Assembly: GCF_009914755.1 (NCBI RefSeq)
Contig: NC_060945.1
Strand: one strand, 5' to 3'
Length of the DNA: 64,000 nucleotides
Source: the human T2T-CHM13v2.0 reference genome, Homo sapiens
Made by a program: the position numbers and the translations under genes. Positions 15,076-27,669 of the stretch are shown piece after piece. Each line of letters begins with the position of its first letter. Positions within the stretch are counted from its first letter, which is position 1. The notes under the pieces are model-generated. The model was not told where the DNA came from and did no database searches. It worked only from the letters and a program-made list of their open reading frames with translations.

Positions 15076-15625
15076 ATTTTTTGTACAACATTGTGCCACT
15101 GGGTTTCAGTGCCGCATTTCAGTGGGAGTTGCCTCAGTCAAATATTGGACAATGGCCTTCAGGGAGATGCTAAATATAGAATGTAGTTCTGAGTAGGAAA
15201 TGAGTGAAACTTCCCAATCTCCTTGCCGCAACCTCAACTGAAGGGTGGACAAAAAGCAAACACATGCCTGGCCAGAACAGGGGTACCAAGAAGACGTTCA
15301 GCTAACAGCAACCAACGTTGCACAGCAGAATATGAGAATGACACTATCCTTAGTGATTCCAGGAACACTTGAGGGACACTTGAGAGGGGCTGACATCCTA
15401 AGTAAATAGACAGGCAAGTTATTTTTATCTCTTGTTAATATGATATCTTATTTGTTCTCAAGCTTCCGTTAACACAGTAAACTAGAAACATTTTCATCAT
15501 ATTCCACCATGGAGCCACAGATCTCACTGCCTCATAAGTAAACTTTTTATAGTAGTTGCAAAATAAAATGTTAAATATGACAATGGAAACATTGACAAGA
15601 ACTAAAATATTTATACTTTACTTCA

Positions 15626-15631
15626 TTTATT
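15626..15631 (-). terminator. Polyadenylation signal AATAAA of KRTAP19-1
   Basis: tttatt on the plus strand ~320 nt past the stop codon. Confidence 0.6.
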
Positions 15632-15948
15632 AGATAAAAGCAAAATACAAGTTTTTGCTAGGATCTTGATAGATAACATCAAGGTAATGGTGGTAAGAAA
15701 AATAAAGCAAATTTAGAAGAACAACCTAGAGTAGTTATACATGAATATGATTTCAGGTGACGGATTCCGAAAGTAAAAAGACAACAAATATTCACAGAAG
15801 CAGCTTAAATCTATTTTAAAGATTTAACATAGCTAAATATCTCTCCATTGATGCTGAAGGCAATAGAATGGATTTTTGGAATGAAAGCACGGGACAGGAC
15901 CAAACACATTTGGAGGTTTCTCCTCTGCTTCCAATTTCAGCAATTCAT

Positions 15949-16221
15949 TTAATAAAAGCCAGAGAATCCGTATCCTCCATTGTACGATGGGCGGCAGCAG
16001 CCATATCCATAGCCTCCAAAGCCAGAGCCATATCCGTAGCCTCCAAAGCCAGAGCCATATCCGTAGCTTCCAAAGCCAGAGCCATATCCGTAGCCTCCAT
16101 AGCCACAGCCAGAACCCCGTCTGCAGAAGCTGCCACATCCACAGCCATAGCCATAGCCCAGGCCACCGAAGCCTCCACAGCTGTAGCCCAGGCCTCCGTA
16201 GTAGCTGCCGTAGTGACTCAT
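15949..16221 (-). CDS. KRTAP19-1: Keratin-associated protein 19-1 (HGT KAP, 90 aa, single exon)
   Basis: [23 protein letters not shown]...[16 protein letters not shown], Gly/Tyr-rich; ACCATG context; TATA at 16294-16301; AATAAA at 15626-15631 (minus strand). Confidence 0.96.
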   Translation of the reverse strand: MSHYGSYYGGLGYSCGGFGGLGYGYGCGCGSFCRRGSGCGYGGYGYGSGFGSYGYGSGFGGYGYGSGFGGYGYGCCRPSYNGGYGFSGFY

Positions 16222-16289
16222 GGTGTCAGGAGTGGTGAGTTGGTTTGTTGTTCAGGCAAGATCCTGAGTGTGAATGCCAGCATGTATAG

Positions 16290-16500
16290 GAGGTTTATAT
16301 ACCCTGGTCAGAGCATGTGATAAACATGTGCCCCTCTTTTTGTGTCATTCCATGAATTATACTTGCCTGAGGCAGCTCGTTAATCTATTGTCCCCTGACA
16401 ACACTCAGTAAGATTGCCTGAGCTTGTTTGGCTACCTAGTTAGGTTGTCCCTGAGCTTGCTGCTTTAATTTTATTAGAAGGGATTGCTGCTTCTTCAAAG
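16290..16500 (-). promoter_or_regulatory. KRTAP19-1 proximal promoter: TATA, GATA/FOX-like site, LEF1/TCF (CTTTGAAG) site
   Basis: GGGTATATAAA at 16294-16304; plus-strand TGATAAACA at 16318-16326; CTTTGAAG at 16493-16500, the motif known from hair keratin/KAP promoters. Confidence 0.75.
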
Positions 16501-17694
16501 TCTAAAACATACCAAACCTTAAATAGAATTCTTTATTACCAGTCACTTAACATCAGTCACATTAAAAATTCTTGAATTTCTATTCAAATATATTCTCATC
16601 ACTAGCATTTTTGGACGTGGTTATAGTTGATTCCACAAAATTTCAAGAAATAGCCAAGGTCAAGACTCTTACTTTCATCAGTTTCTTCATAAAACACACA
16701 TATTTTGTAGAGTGAGAAGCAAGAAAGATTTGATTCATCTGTGTATGTACCTGAAAGAAACAAATGTCACCTAATTTGTAGACTTTTAAAACTTTGATCA
16801 TGCACAATTGTTATATTTATTTTGGGCTTTGCACAACAGCATACAAAATATTTGTTTTGTTTTAAGAACATAGCACAATTGTAGTCATAAGTGGAGAGAC
16901 TCTTACAGGGATCAAAAGCCCATCTCATCTGGTCTTTCCAGAGTTTTCTATTTATATCTCAAGTCCCTTCTCCATTATATGTTCTAACCTCACTGTTACC
17001 AAAAAATGAAGATTATAATCTGCCTTCATACAGAATTGTTTCTCTTTCTCTACCTTTTGTCATTAATTCATCCCTCTTGCATCTTTTGCTGATCTCACTT
17101 CAAATTTCACCCAACTTCTTTTCCTCCACAATTCATTACTATAACCAGGTAAAAGTTTGAAGTAGGTAAAATGTTCTGGCTACAACCTATTTACTCAAAT
17201 CAACATTCATTCTTTCCATTTAGATCTCCATAGTCAATATTTGCCCTTGTCTTTGCCTATTCTGTGCCCATGTTTTTTGTTGTGCTTTGTTTTAACCGCT
17301 TTCTAGTTAGCTTTTCCTGAGAAATCAACTAGATCTTCTAAGATATTGATTATGGTGTTTCTTGTTTAAAACATTTTTCAACTCTTCAAATTATCTGAAA
17401 TTTAAAAAAATATTTGTGCAACTTAGATTAACACGAAATTCTCTAAATGTAAGGGACAATTGTGAAAAATATAGAAAAGAAGGAGTAGCTCTGTAGGGAG
17501 AGTTGACCAGTGAGTCCCTCAGCTCAGCCCATAGAGTTAGAAATGCCCAAGGCTTACCTCATACCTGATTAAGCCTCATCCAGATGTACCTATATCTTGA
17601 AACTTGGAACTCCAGAAAGGTATCAGTTTTATATGACTATAATCATACTACTAAGATTTTTTTGAGATTTATGAGTAACCGAATGACACATTTT

Positions 17695-18115
17695 AAAATT
17701 TTTATTTTATTTAAATTTTTTATTGATACATATTTTACATACTTATTAGATACATATGATATTTAATTGCATGCATAGAATGTATAATGTTCAAGGTAGA
17801 GTAATTGAAATATCCATCACTTTAAATATTTATCATTTCTTTATGTTGGGAATAAATCAAGCTCTCTCTTCCAGCTACTTTGAAATATACAGTATATTGT
17901 TGTTAACTATAGTCACTCTGCAATAGAACTTATACCTTTCATCCAACTTTTATCTCTCCTGCACCCACACACCCATTCCAGCATCTGATATCTATCACTC
18001 TTTTCTCTACATTCATAAGATTAACTTTTTTATCTCCCACTTATGAGTGAGAACATGTGATACCTCTCTTTGTGTGCCTGTTTATTTCCCTAAACATAAT
18101 GACTTTCTGTTCAAG
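17695..18115 (-). mobile_element. L1MA 3' end fragment
   Basis: T-rich tail followed by ttgttaactatagtcac...cccacttatgagtgagaacatg. Confidence 0.8.
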
Positions 18116-19839
18116 TCACACTTTTTTTTTTTTTTACAATGCGGTGTTTCTCTGACCTGCTGAGTGTCAAAACAAAGTCTCATATTTAGTTGGCATTCAA
18201 AAATATTATTTGAATGAAGCATATGACTTTGACATCAATGCAAGGGCCATGAATAGCATAACATGAGCAACTTACTGGCTATTCTGGGAGATGTTGTAAG
18301 GCTGAACGCAAGTTCCAACAAGATTCCTGCTGTCAGAGTAGCATTTAACCCAACAATAGCCTTCCTCTTTGATGTCTGTGTTACTGTAACCCAATTTCAT
18401 TCCATTTTTATTCTCCATTTCAGAAAATCAGTCAAGTGATACAATTCATATATACATTTCTAATGAAACACTTAGAATTATGAATAAATTACATAGCATT
18501 AAGAATTTCACATTTTCTTGTGTAGCTCTGTCAGAGCATGTGACCATGATTAAAGGCTATTTTGTTTGTTTTTGATACATAAAACTGTCTCTATATGGAA
18601 ATAATATGAGACACAAATGCGAAACTTCAATAGTACAATAAACACTAAATGTATTTTCAAAGAATAAAACATATGACTATGACATGCATAGCTTATTTTG
18701 TCCACTAGCCGTGTAAACTAGAAAAAAAATTTGAAGAATATGTAAAAAATCTGATTTATTTTCTGTATATGCAAGTGAAAAAAGTCTCTGAAATTTCCTT
18801 TGAGGGGTTATTCTTTTTCTATCCATTTATTGGATCAAAAGTAGATTTGGATCATTATTGCTTTTTAAGAACTGTTAGCTCATGACGCTATTTTCTACTC
18901 ATGTTGATAGGTGGAAGAGTGAAAAATGTTCTCACATTTTTCCTGGAAGTAAGGAAATTTTTGTTATAAATTTTCTATCATCTCAGAAATTATTCAATAC
19001 AACCTTAAACAGCATGAAATTATAAGATTGATTATAGTAATAACAATAGCAGTAACAATTATATTGATTACTGCTTTTCAGCCCCATGGAAACTATCCCT
19101 GGGACATTATCCAAATGAGAAGAAAATGCTTCTAGTGAAATCCTATTCTACTGGGTCAGACAATATTGCTGACCTCCCATAGAGTTACTTTGCTGTATTT
19201 CCCCTGTTCAGCCCATTGTTGTAGTACACAGAATGCCCTGAGAGCATTGACTCAAAGAAGAGGTCATGGCGCTTTGTTTTGTTTTTTAACTTAGAGTCTG
19301 ATTTTAACATTGCTCATTGGTTAGTTACAATCAGAAGTAGATAAACTAAAATTTGATTGGTTTAATTCTGTATATCGCAACAATAAAAATGAAACATCAA
19401 TGTTAATGTAAGAAAAAGGGCCAACCTTCATAAAAGCAGTTGAGATAATTTAGCTTTTCTTACAACTATGACCAGAACTTTCAGAATGGTTATCTGACAA
19501 CAATCAAGAAGAAAATGCATAAAAGGTGAGTCTGCAAAGTATAGTCTAAAACCTGGGACTCAGGATGGCATGATTCTGATCCTAGTCTTGGCACCAATTA
19601 TGACAAAAATAACATATTCTGAATTTCTGTGCCTCCAAAATTGGAATACAGCGTTGCAGAATTGTAATGCCTCTTTCTGCTCCTTGTGTGATTTAATTTT
19701 TGTCCTCATTTTATTACATTTGGCGAGCTTGTACAAAACATCTGTAGGCACATATCATTGCCTGAAATTCTGTTTTATAAAAACAATATTGTTTTGGCCA
19801 TTTCTTGAAAGGATGAGGTTTCACTGAAATTTATCTTCA

Positions 19840-20385
19840 TATGTATATATATATGTGTGTGTGTATATATATATATATGTATAGAGAGAGAGAGAGAGAG
19901 AGAGAGAGACAAGTATGTATACATAATGATATTGATATAAGACATATAGAAATATATAAAATGATATTTGTATAAAATATATACATTATATACAATATAT
20001 ACTATATATGTATGTATTATATATTTTATATATAATATATAATAAATAAATTAATATTTCATTAATATTTAAACATATACTTCTATATATTAATAAATAT
20101 AAATAACAAATTATCAATAATCATATTGAAATATAAATAAAATAATATTTATTATTCATAATACATATAAATATAAAAATATAATATTTATTTATATTTA
20201 ATATATCAATTTATGTAATATTTAAATATATACTCCTATATATTTAAATGTAATATTTAAATATATACTCCTATATATTTAAATGTAATATTTAAATATA
20301 TACTCCTATATATTTAAATGTAATATTTAAATATATACTCCTATATATTTAAATATACATACTTCTATATATTTAAATATTAAAT
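19840..20385. repeat. AT-rich low-complexity tract: (TA)n/(GA)n and a 35-bp palindromic minisatellite x~4 (20213-20355)
   Basis: Unit atgtaatatttaaatatatactcctatatatttaa starts at 20213, 20248, 20283 and 20318. Confidence 0.92.
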
Positions 20386-20772
20386 GACACTTTTAGTCAG
20401 TTGAAACTACAGAATATTTTGCCTCATAATAATGTTTCTGTGTGTTTATAGTCCCTACTGCATTACAAATCCTTCAGTATAATAATGATGATAATAAAGA
20501 ACACAATATTCCTATAAAAAGACAAGTGAAATGAGTTGAATGACTACAATTCACATTTTATTATCCAGTTTATCAAGGACTTTTAGGTCAGGCTTGTTGT
20601 ACATGCATAACAAACTAGATGAAAGCAGAAAATTATGAATAAAAGAAGATTATAGATAATGCAAAGATTCATAGAAAAAGAGAGTTCACTTCTCTTTAAG
20701 TTTTAGGGATATAGATTATAAGATTTGTGAGAAGAAAGTTTGTTTTTATTACAGTTTTAATGATATGAATGT

Positions 20773-21248
20773 TGTGATGCTTAATTTTAAGTGTCAATTT
20801 GACTCTGTTAAGGGATGCTGGGATAGTTGGTAAACTATTTCTGGGTTGTCTGTGAGGGTTTTTCCAGAAGGATTCATATTTTAATCTGTAGACTGAGTAA
20901 AGATCACTCTTACCAGTGTATGTGAGCATCATTTAATCTGTTGAAGACCTAAATGAACTAAATGGGGAAGGCAAAGGGAGTTTGCTCTCTGAGCTGGGAT
21001 CTTCATCCTCTCCTATCCTCACACATCAGCATTCCTGGTTAGAGCATTTGGTCTCAGATTGAAACTTAACATCATTGACTCCCCTGTTCTCTAACTTTTG
21101 GGTTTGGACTGGAAGTACTAGACCAGCTTTCCTGGGCCTCTAACTTGCAAACAGAAGATCATGAGACTTCTCAGCCTCCATAATTGCATGAGTTCTTCCC
21201 TAACAGTAAATATTCTTCTGTATATCTATGTATATCCTATTGATTCTG
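20773..21248 (+). mobile_element. MLT2-family (ERVL) LTR, cut near its 3' end by an MST insertion
   Basis: Starts tgtgatgcttaattttaagtgtcaatttgact; ends tatcctattgattctg, lacking the terminal ...gactaataca. Confidence 0.78.
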
Positions 21249-21637
21249 TGAAATGCTTTATATGTGTGTCCCTGCCCATATCTCATGTCAAATTGTAACC
21301 CCTACTGTTGGAGGAGGGGCCTGGTAGAAGGTGATTGGGTATGGGGGCAATGTCTGATGGTTTGGCATCATCCTCCTACTGCTGTCTTGTGATGGGGTTC
21401 TCCCGAGATCTGCTTATTTAACAGTGTGTAGCACCTCCCTTGACCTCTCTCTCCTGCTGACCATGTGAAGATGTGCTTGCTTCTCCTTTGCCTTTCACCA
21501 TACTTGAAAGTTTCCTGAGGCCTCTCTAGGAGAAGCCTGTGCAGCCCACAGAAATGTGAGCCAATTAAACTTATTTACTTTATAAATTACCCAGTCTCAG
21601 GTATTTCTTTATAGCAGTGTGACAATGGACTAATACA
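21249..21637 (+). mobile_element. MST-family MaLR 5' LTR
   Basis: tctcatgtcaaattgtaaccc...aattacccagtctcaggtatttctttatagcagtgtgacaatggactaataca. Confidence 0.85.
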
Positions 21638-23100
21638 GAAAATTGGTACCAGAGAAGAAGGACATTGCTATAAAGATACTTGAAAATGTGGAATGACTTT
21701 GGAACTGGGTAACAGGCAGAGGTTGGAACAGTTTGGAGAGCTCAGAAGAAAAGAAGATGGGAGAAAGTTTGGAACTTCCTAGAGATTTGTTAAATTGTTG
21801 TCACCAAAATGCTGATAGTGACATGGACAATAAAGCCCAAATGAGGTGGTCTCAGATGGAGGTGAGAAACTTATTGGGAACTGGAGAAAAGGTCACACTT
21901 ACTATGCTTTAGCAAAGAGACTGGCAGCACCGTGCCTGTGCTCTAGGGATCCGTTGAGCTTTGAACTTGAGGGAGACAATTTAGGGTATCTGGCAGAAGA
22001 AATTTCTAGGCAGCAAATCATTCAAGATGTAATATGGCTACTTCTAACAGCATACCCTCATATGCTTGAACAAAGAGATTATCTGAAGCTGGAACTTATA
22101 TTTCCAGAGCATAAAAGGGAAACATAGCATAAAAGTTTGGAAAATTTGCAGCCCAGCCATGTCATAGAAAATGAAATCTCATTGTTTGGGGAGAAATTCA
22201 AGCCTGCTGCAGAAATTTGCATAAGTAGAGAGGAGCCAAATGTTAATAGCCAAGACAATGGAAAAATGCCTCCAAGTCATTTCAGAGACCATTGCAGCAG
22301 CCCTTTCACCACAGGCCTGGAGGCCTAGGAGGGAAAAATGATTTTGTTGGCCAGGCCCAAGGACCCACTGCTCTGTGCAGCCTTGGGACATGTTGCCCTG
22401 AGTCCCAGACACTCAAGCTCCAGCCATCGGTAAAAGGGCTCCAGATACATCTCAGGCTGATGTTCCCAAGTGTGCAAGCGAGGAGCTGCCAAGGTTTTCA
22501 CATGGTGTTAAGCCTGTGGGTGCACAGAGGGCAAGAGTTGAGGCTTGGGAGCTCCTGCCTAGATTTCAGAGGGAGTAAGAAAATACCTAGATTTCCAGGC
22601 AGAAGTCTGCTACAAGTGTGGAGCCCTCATGGAAAACCTCTACTAGGGCAATGTGGAGGGGAAATGTGGGTTTAGAGCCCCCACCCAGAGTCCCTACTGA
22701 GACAGTGCCTAGTGGAGCTCTGAGAAGAGGGTCACCATCCTCCAGACCCCAGAATGGTAGATCCACAGACAGCTTCCACTGTGTGCCAGGAAAAGCTGCA
22801 GATACTCAATGCAAGCCTGTGAAAGCAGCCAGGAGAACTATACCCTGCAGAGCCACAGAAGTGGAGCTGCCCAATGCCCTGGGAGTCTACCCATTGCATC
22901 GATGTGGCCTGGGTGTGAGACATGCAGTAAAAGGAGATTATTTTGAAGCTTTAATATTTAATGACTGCCCTGCTGGGTTTTGGACTTGTTTGGGGTCTTA
23001 TAGCCCCTTTGTTTTGGTCAATTTCTCCCTTTGGAATGGGAGCATTTACACATTTACACCTTTACCCCCATTGTATCTTAGAAGTAAGTAACTTGTTTTT
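21638..23100 (+). mobile_element. MST/THE1 internal sequence, 3'-truncated (no 3' LTR)
   Basis: gaaaattggtaccaga start; typical MaLR-int ORF remnants (SSRPQNGRSTDSFHCVPGKAADTQ); ends abruptly at gtaagtaacttgttttt. Confidence 0.88.
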
Positions 23101-23144
23101 AAATCCCTTCAAAATAACAGATGCTGCATCACTAGAGCAGCAGC

Positions 23145-23303
23145 TTAGTAGAAGCCAGTGAATCTATATCTTCTGTAGCATGATGGGCAGCAGCAGCCAT
23201 CTCCACAGCCTCTGTGGCCACAACCATATCTGCATCCTTCATAGCCGCAGCCATAGCCCAGTCTGCAGAAGCTGCCACATCCACAGCCGTAGCCATAGCA
23301 CAT
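23145..23303 (-). CDS. KRTAP19-2: Keratin-associated protein 19-2 (52 aa, N-terminally truncated)
   Basis: Manual translation [52 protein letters not shown] (below the 60-aa cutoff of the ORF track); ancestral start is GTG at 23361-23363 with in-frame TAG at 23352-23354; TATA at 23440-23446. Confidence 0.88.
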   Translation of the reverse strand: MCYGYGCGCGSFCRLGYGCGYEGCRYGCGHRGCGDGCCCPSCYRRYRFTGFY

Positions 23304-23437
23304 GCCACCAAAACCTCCACAGCCATAGCCCAGACCTCCACAGTAGCTGCCCTAGTAGCTCACGGTGTCAGAGATAGTGAGTTGGGTTTGCTGTCCCAGG
23401 CAAGGTCCTGAGTGTGAATATAGCATGTTTAGGGAAC

Positions 23438-23953
23438 GCTTATATACCCTGAGCAGAACATGTGATAAACATGTGGCCATCCTTTTGCAGCATCCCAATT
23501 TATTTATCTACTCTATACAAATAATCAATCTGTTTGTTAGCACAAGGAGAGACACAAACTCATTAAAATCTTTGAGCTGGCTTAGCTGCATGGTTAGAAT
23601 GCCCTTGAACTTATTACATTTTTTTTTTAAGATGGAGTCTTGCTCTTGTCACCCAGGCTGGAGTGCAATGTTGTGATTTCAGCTCACTATAAACTCCACC
23701 TCCTGGGTTCAAGTGATTCTCCTGCCCCAGCCTCCTGAGTAGCTGGGATTACAGGTGTCTGCCACCACTCTCAGCTAATTTTTATATTTTTAGTAGAGAC
23801 AGGGTTTCACCATGTTGGCCAGGCTGGTCTCGAACTCCTGACTTCAGGTGATCCACACACCTTGGCTTCCCAAAGTGCTGGCATTACAGGCTTGCGCCAC
23901 TGCGCCCAGCTGATACATTCTTTTTAATGATAAAATAGTCTGCATCTTCAAAG
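23438..23953 (-). promoter_or_regulatory. KRTAP19-2 promoter, interrupted by an Alu
   Basis: TATATAA at 23440-23446; TGATAAACA at 23463-23471; CTTTGAAG at 23946-23953 on the far side of the Alu. Confidence 0.65.
23619..23911 (-). mobile_element. Alu (AluS-like) in the KRTAP19-2 promoter
   Basis: Full Alu dimer in reverse; flanks tacatt-tttt on both sides. Confidence 0.95.
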
Positions 23954-24432
23954 TTACACAATTTTTAAAAAATCCTAAATTCTTCATCACTATGCATATT
24001 GAATTATTTGTATTTGACACTGTGTTTTTATTAAATGTTTTCTCGTTTCTCATTTTTACACCATTCCTTAGATTGTTCTATTTTACCTCCACCTAGATTC
24101 AAATAAATCGATCAAGTTTAAAACTTTTAAATCTAGTAAAGCCTTCAAATATCAAATATTTTTATTGCGTTGAGAAATTAAGGCTATTCCTCCTTCAAAA
24201 GAAAAGGAACTTTTTGAATAAATAAATTTTCTTATCAGCTGTGGTAAACACAAAGTAATGGAAAATATGTATGTAGACATAATATAAAACTACTTTAATT
24301 TTCTATATCAGCTTGCAAAACATTGTTTTGGCTTATCAATGTAACAAAATTTATTCCAGAAACTGATATATTATCCAAGAGAATAAACTCAGTTTTACAC
24401 CAGCCTGAACAGCAGTTCAAAGATATTCTCTT

Positions 24433-25068
24433 CAGGTGGGGCACAGTGGCTCACCCCTGTAATTCTGGAGGCCAAGGTGAGAAGATCACTTGAGATCAGG
24501 TATATTAGTTTGTTTTCACACTGCTGATAAAGACATACCTGAGACTGGGAAGAAAAATAGGTTTAATTGGACTTACAGTTCCACATGGCTCTGGAGGCCT
24601 CAGAATCATGGCAGGAGGTGAAAGGTACTTCTTACATGGTGGCGGCAAGAGAAAATGAGAAAGAAGCAAAAGCGGAAACCCCTGATAAACCCATCGGATC
24701 TCATGAGACTTACTCACTATCATGAGAATAACAAGGGAAAGACCAGCCCTCATGATTCAATTACTTCCACCTGGATCCCTCCCACAACACATGGGAATTC
24801 TGGGAGATACAATTCAAGTTGAGATTCGGATGGGGACATGGCCAAACTATATCACCAGGAGTTTGAGAGTAGCCTGGGCAACATAGGGAGACCTTGTCTC
24901 CACCAAAAAATCAAAAAATAGCCAGGTGTGAGGTGCACACCTGTGGTTCCAGCTACTCGGGAGGCAAAGGCAGGAGGATTGTTTGATCCCTGGGAGGTCA
25001 ATGCTGCAGTGAGCCATGATCATGCCACTGCGCTCCAGCCTGGGTAACAGAGTGAAACTGTCTAAAAC
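24433..25068 (+). mobile_element. Old Alu (AluJ-like) split by a THE1 LTR
   Basis: Left arm 24433-24500 resumes at 24855 (ccaggagtttgagagtagcctgggcaacatag); tail replaced by (CA)n. Confidence 0.88.
24501..24854 (-). mobile_element. THE1 solo LTR nested in an Alu
   Basis: tatattagtttgttttcacactgctgataaagacatacc...ccaaactatatca; 5-bp TSD tcagg/ccagg. Confidence 0.92.
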
Positions 25069-25070
25069 AG

Positions 25071-25104
<34 letters not shown>
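25069..25104. repeat. (CA)n microsatellite
   Basis: CA run at the Alu tail. Confidence 0.95.
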
Positions 25105-27440
25105 GAAAACAATCAAGTCTATTTTTATCGTTACACAATTTTCCAGAACTGGCTCTAAATAAAGTATTACCTAGAAACTCAGATGAGCTTGGCTTCATGC
25201 TTTACAGATACCACTTTTCTTCCACTTCCTACTCTTCCTCACTATGTATATATCAGTTCTCTTTATCAAAGCTTTTCATTTTATGCTGCATTCATTCCCA
25301 ATATGTACTAGTGCCAAGCAGGTATTTCTTCTTATCCATTTTTTTCTAATCAGTATTTTACCCTTCTATCCATATATTTAATTTTATCACAATATTTTTG
25401 TCCTTATGTTTTCTTTTCCAATTCTGTGTGCCTCATCTTCCTACTTTCTCTCAACCAGCAAACATAAGACATTATTTATTTATTAAGGTTATACATTTTT
25501 AAACAATATTTTATATGACTCTTAGAGTCATATAATACATCTAACAGCCTCTTAAAATTCTGATGCCTTGAAAATCTCAAATGCGAATGTGCAGTGGTGA
25601 AATAACTGAGATAGGAAGCAAGGATGTGAGGAGGGCTGGCCATGCTCCACAGATTTTCTGTGCTTACTCTAGGAAGATAGTAAATCAATCCCAAGTTTAG
25701 CTCCACCAAAATATGACCATATATTGGATTTGGGTCCTTAAGCAATACTTTGCTTTACAAGACTTTAAACATTTTGCCAAGGGTATTTTTTGTTGTTTTG
25801 TTTTCTGTTTTGCTTTGTTTTGAGGTCTATAAGCAACATTTTTGATAATGCGTTTTCTCAACTTGATTTGTTCACTATTCTTCCAAAAAATTTGTTGGAT
25901 AAATGAAAGAATGAATTTTGCCTGCCTCAACATGTAGTGCATATCTAAGGTGGAATATGCACTCAAAATGGCTTTCAGGTTTTAAATGAATATTTAACTC
26001 AATATTTGCCATGGTTGTTTTCTCCTTTATCAAAATTAATTCCACCTTTATTTTCGTTCTGAAAAAGAAAACTGGACAATGTTTAAATTCTCAATGAGTA
26101 GTTGTTGAAGACAAACAATAATAAGTAAGTCTAACTACTTTAAGAATCTCATGAATTATTGGGTAAACCTGCAAGATTTTCTAACCCTCATGAAAGGCTA
26201 ATGTACATTGCTATTTCCGATGCATATAACCATCTCCAAGAGAAATATAATCCAATAGATTTTACAAATTAAAGGCAAATTTTATTATTTATTACAAATA
26301 AAATATTATTTAATAAAATATGCCCTGCTTTTCTTATGTATTTTCAAATAACAAAATAATAAGATATACTTCATTGTGATACACAAATACACACATATAT
26401 ATACATGCACATATATGATCATATAATGCTGTGAAAGATATGAACCAAAACAATCAAATACTTCTGCTTTTTTTCCTAATTGAAAAGTAGAACAATTATA
26501 GTATCTTTTGGATAGCGATTAACTTTGGAAACTGAGAAATGTTTATTTTTCAATTTTTTTCTCTTAATTCAGTGGACTCAATGACTTGCACAATTATTTC
26601 TCTGTTATGCTATTTTGGGGATATTTTTCCAGGAAGATCATGAGTTAATTGTGAAACTCAGATCCTGTGTTGGTGTGTGAAATAATGAAAATAAAGTTTT
26701 CTACTGGCCAAATGATAACTTTGCTATATCATGCCATGACTTTGCCATATCATACCATGAAGACCAAGTAAGATAATAGAAAAGCTAGCTGAAAAAATTA
26801 TCTAAAATATTTTGAGTTAAATATGTTAATCCAATATGAAAAAAAATTCTATACTAATTTAATAGTTATGTACATCAGTTGTTCAATGAAAATGTCAAAT
26901 AAATTAATGGACAGAAGAGTATGATAGGGTGAGGTTATACCAATTACAATAATTCTTGGAAAGAAAATACACTTTCATAATTAACCTAGGAATATCATTT
27001 GATCTGTCACCATTTGCTTGCTCTTACAATAAAAAGAAAGAAATTTTGAATGGATAGAAGAATTCATTACACATTCAGAGTGAGTTGACAAATGTGATCT
27101 GAATTAAATAAAACATATATGCTTGATATATAAATATAAAGACATGTTTAGTAGGTATTCCTTTTTGTTGTTGACTTAAATCTGAATACTATCTAAATAA
27201 AAGGAAAATGTTGAAAAATATCAGATTACTAACCATTTTGCAGTTCTTTTCATTTCAATCTAGAATTATTCTTCTTTGGAGCTATCGATGTATTTATCTA
27301 TCTGCATGCATGTTTATGAGGTATATGAAAAAACATAGATTCTCAACCAAGGAGATAGCTTCTCTCATTGACATCATCACTTACGTATAATTGAGTTTCA
27401 TGAACAAAACAGAACCATATTGTGTTTGAAAATAGAATGT

Positions 27441-27446
27441 TTTATT
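27441..27446 (-). terminator. Polyadenylation signal AATAAA of KRTAP19-3
   Basis: tttatt on the plus strand ~225 nt past the stop codon. Confidence 0.65.
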
Positions 27447-27669
27447 GGAAGATAAACAGATAATTCAATCAGCTTTAAAAGCAAAACTAGAGAATACTAG
27501 GATTATTATAGAGATGTGGGTATACAGAGAAAAAAAATTGCCTGAAATTCTGAGATGTTAAATTCTTTTGTGCAAATAGCTCCAGCATGATCTTTGTTGT
27601 CCAATGATTGAAGTCAGCTCTGGGAAAGTCCTCTTATAATTTCACACATTGTGTTGCTGGGGCAGTAGT

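Noticed and set aside
1-15600. Search for additional KRTAP relics in the first 15 kb
   Set aside because: No agccatagcc/gtagaatcc-type signatures found; appears to be gene-free MIR/L2/L1 DNA
15833-16320. Overlapping alternative-frame and antisense ORFs at KRTAP19-1 (150-aa Ala-rich, [22 protein letters not shown]), with similar ones at every KRTAP
   Set aside because: Shadows of repetitive GGC/TAT/GGA codons that lack stops in other frames; no independent promoter evidence
20213-20355. 35-bp direct repeats superficially like a CRISPR array
   Set aside because: No unique spacers, eukaryotic context, no cas genes
21846-23161. Several 60-157-aa ORFs
   Set aside because: Remnants of MST/THE1 internal sequence
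23132-23341. 69-aa minus-strand ORF offered at KRTAP19-2
   Set aside because: Wrong frame and non-ATG start; the family frame is 23145-23303
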